A DNA stretch of 63,957 nucleotides, the filler included, from Rhabdomonas costata (taxonomy: Eukaryota), in the NCBI GenBank assembly GCA_019059605.1. It is 55 parts of 55 records of this genome, joined end to end, with 100 filler letters (N's around TTAATTAATTAA, not from the genome) between each part and the next. Parts side by side here need not be neighbours in the genome. Positions count along the whole stretch, not along the records: positions 62,893 to 63,957 come from JAHMHO010030523.1; 54 more parts are not named here. The stretch is one strand, 5' to 3'. Of this stretch, positions 62,927-63,957 are shown one piece after another. Within the stretch, counting starts at the first letter, position 1; every line of letters begins with the position of its first letter. The position numbers and the translations under genes were made by a program. Under the pieces are notes generated by a model. That model did no database searches. It saw only the letters and a list, made by a program, of their open reading frames with translations, and was not told the origin of the DNA.

Positions 62927-63957
62927 GGGACCACCTCGTGGCGTCCCCGTGGCTGCAGGAGGGCAGCAGTTCCTCCGCAGCGGAGGGACAAATCCACGGG
63001 GAGGCCCTGGCGGCCCCCGCGGCGGTGGTTGAGCCCCCTGCCGGGAAGAAGAGGCAGCTGCTGATGCTGGTGGGTCTGCCCTGCAGCGGGAAGACTGTTT
63101 GGGCGAAGAGGTCGGCCTGTGTTAGTTGTTTTTGTTAGTTTTTTTTTTGCGCGCCGGTCCGATGCATAAAGCGGTGGTGGTGGGGTGTAAAATGGTTCAG
63201 CTTGTTAAACCATGGTTACGAAAATTGCAACTTTTGTATTGGGGCTCCTTTCGTCGGTGTTTCTGGTTCTTTAGAGGGCTCACTTCGGTAACTTTGCCCA
63301 GAAAAGGCGACGAACGGCTCCCAGGAAAATACACACATAATGGACAGTGTAATTTTGGTGGCGAAGGCCCGCGGCGCGGCTGAGGTGGGAACGTTACTTA
63401 GGGGGGACTGGGGGAGTTTTTTTTTCGGTGGCCGAGTTAAATGGTTAAACCCCAAAAGCATCCTACCCGGATGTGCTTTAGTCTTTTAGGAGTGTCTGGC
63501 AATGGAGGGAGGCGCTTCAGCCCCGTGGAAGGTTTTTTTGTGTCTTTTTCGGCAGGTACATCTCGCAGCACCCGGAGATGAAATTCCAACTGCTGTCCAC
63601 GAACGCCATAATGGAGCGACAGATGCCCAGCTCGTCGCACTCCTACCAAGGTGTGCTGGTCTGGCTCCGCTAAGGAAAAGGAACGCCCTGAACCCCACTA
63701 TTCCCTTGCGAAGATTGAGTCACTCCTGATAGAAGGACCTTTGTCTTGGCATGAACCGGGGAGTCTGGGATTTCGTCTGGCGCAGTTGCCACTGCGCCTT
63801 CTGCACCCTCCTCAGCGTCACCCTTCCTTTACAACAACAGAGCGATTCTCGAAGTGCATCGACGGGGCCTCGGTGACGCTGGAGATGCAGGCCCAATTGG
63901 CCGCACAGCAAGAGGGCAACGTGATCTGGGATCAGACCAATGTCTTCACCCCCCACC
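62927..63957 (+). CDS. hnRNP U / hnRNPUL1-like P-loop (AAA_33-type) protein, three exons (62927-63110, 63556-63650, 63841->63957)
   Basis: Spliced product LLMLVGLPCSGKTVWAKR|YISQHPEMKFQLLSTNAIMERQM...YQ|ERFSKCIDGASVTLEMQAQLAAQQEGNVIWDQTNVF parallels hnRNP U (MVGLP..GKT.W...HP.K.Y..LGTN.IM...RN.ILDQTNV). Intron phases 2 and 1 are both consistent. Confidence 0.85.

Noticed and set aside
5418-63957. Non-canonical (non GT-AG) introns or an alternative genetic code
   Set aside because: Every junction I could reconstruct is GT-AG with consistent phase. In-frame stops occur only in decayed retroelement-like sequence.

Overview
This window is not a contiguous locus. It is 55 unrelated short contigs (about 1.06 kb each) joined by an artificial 100-nt linker (44 N + TTAATTAATTAA + 44 N), so no neighbourhood or operon inference is valid across linkers. 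Contig ends carry G/T-only (5') and A/C-only (3') tails, and there are several fold-back junctions, both typical of primer-based whole-genome amplification (single-cell or low-input DNA). Most contigs are from an intron-rich eukaryote, probably a protist: short GC-rich exons are bounded by GT-AG introns with an unusual GT[A/G][T/C]G-like donor preference. Recognisable gene fragments include kelch-like repeat proteins, an alpha-kinase, an AMP-binding enzyme, PrimPol, a DUF4804 protein, a DEAD-box helicase, PIF1, a rhodanese, an IQ-motif protein, a GAF domain, a MAP2K-like kinase, a CBS-like domain, an SLC25 carrier, a coiled-coil protein and an hnRNP U-like P-loop protein. Decayed retroelements are also present (Ty3/gypsy RT, an RTE-like LINE, a gag/ORF1-like frame), plus one dispersed repeat seen twice. 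The main outlier is an AT-rich, intronless contig (5832-6897) encoding a modular virus-like fibre/structural repeat protein. I found no rRNA, tRNA or CRISPR array and no complete novel multi-gene system. All family calls come from motif recognition by eye, not from database searches.
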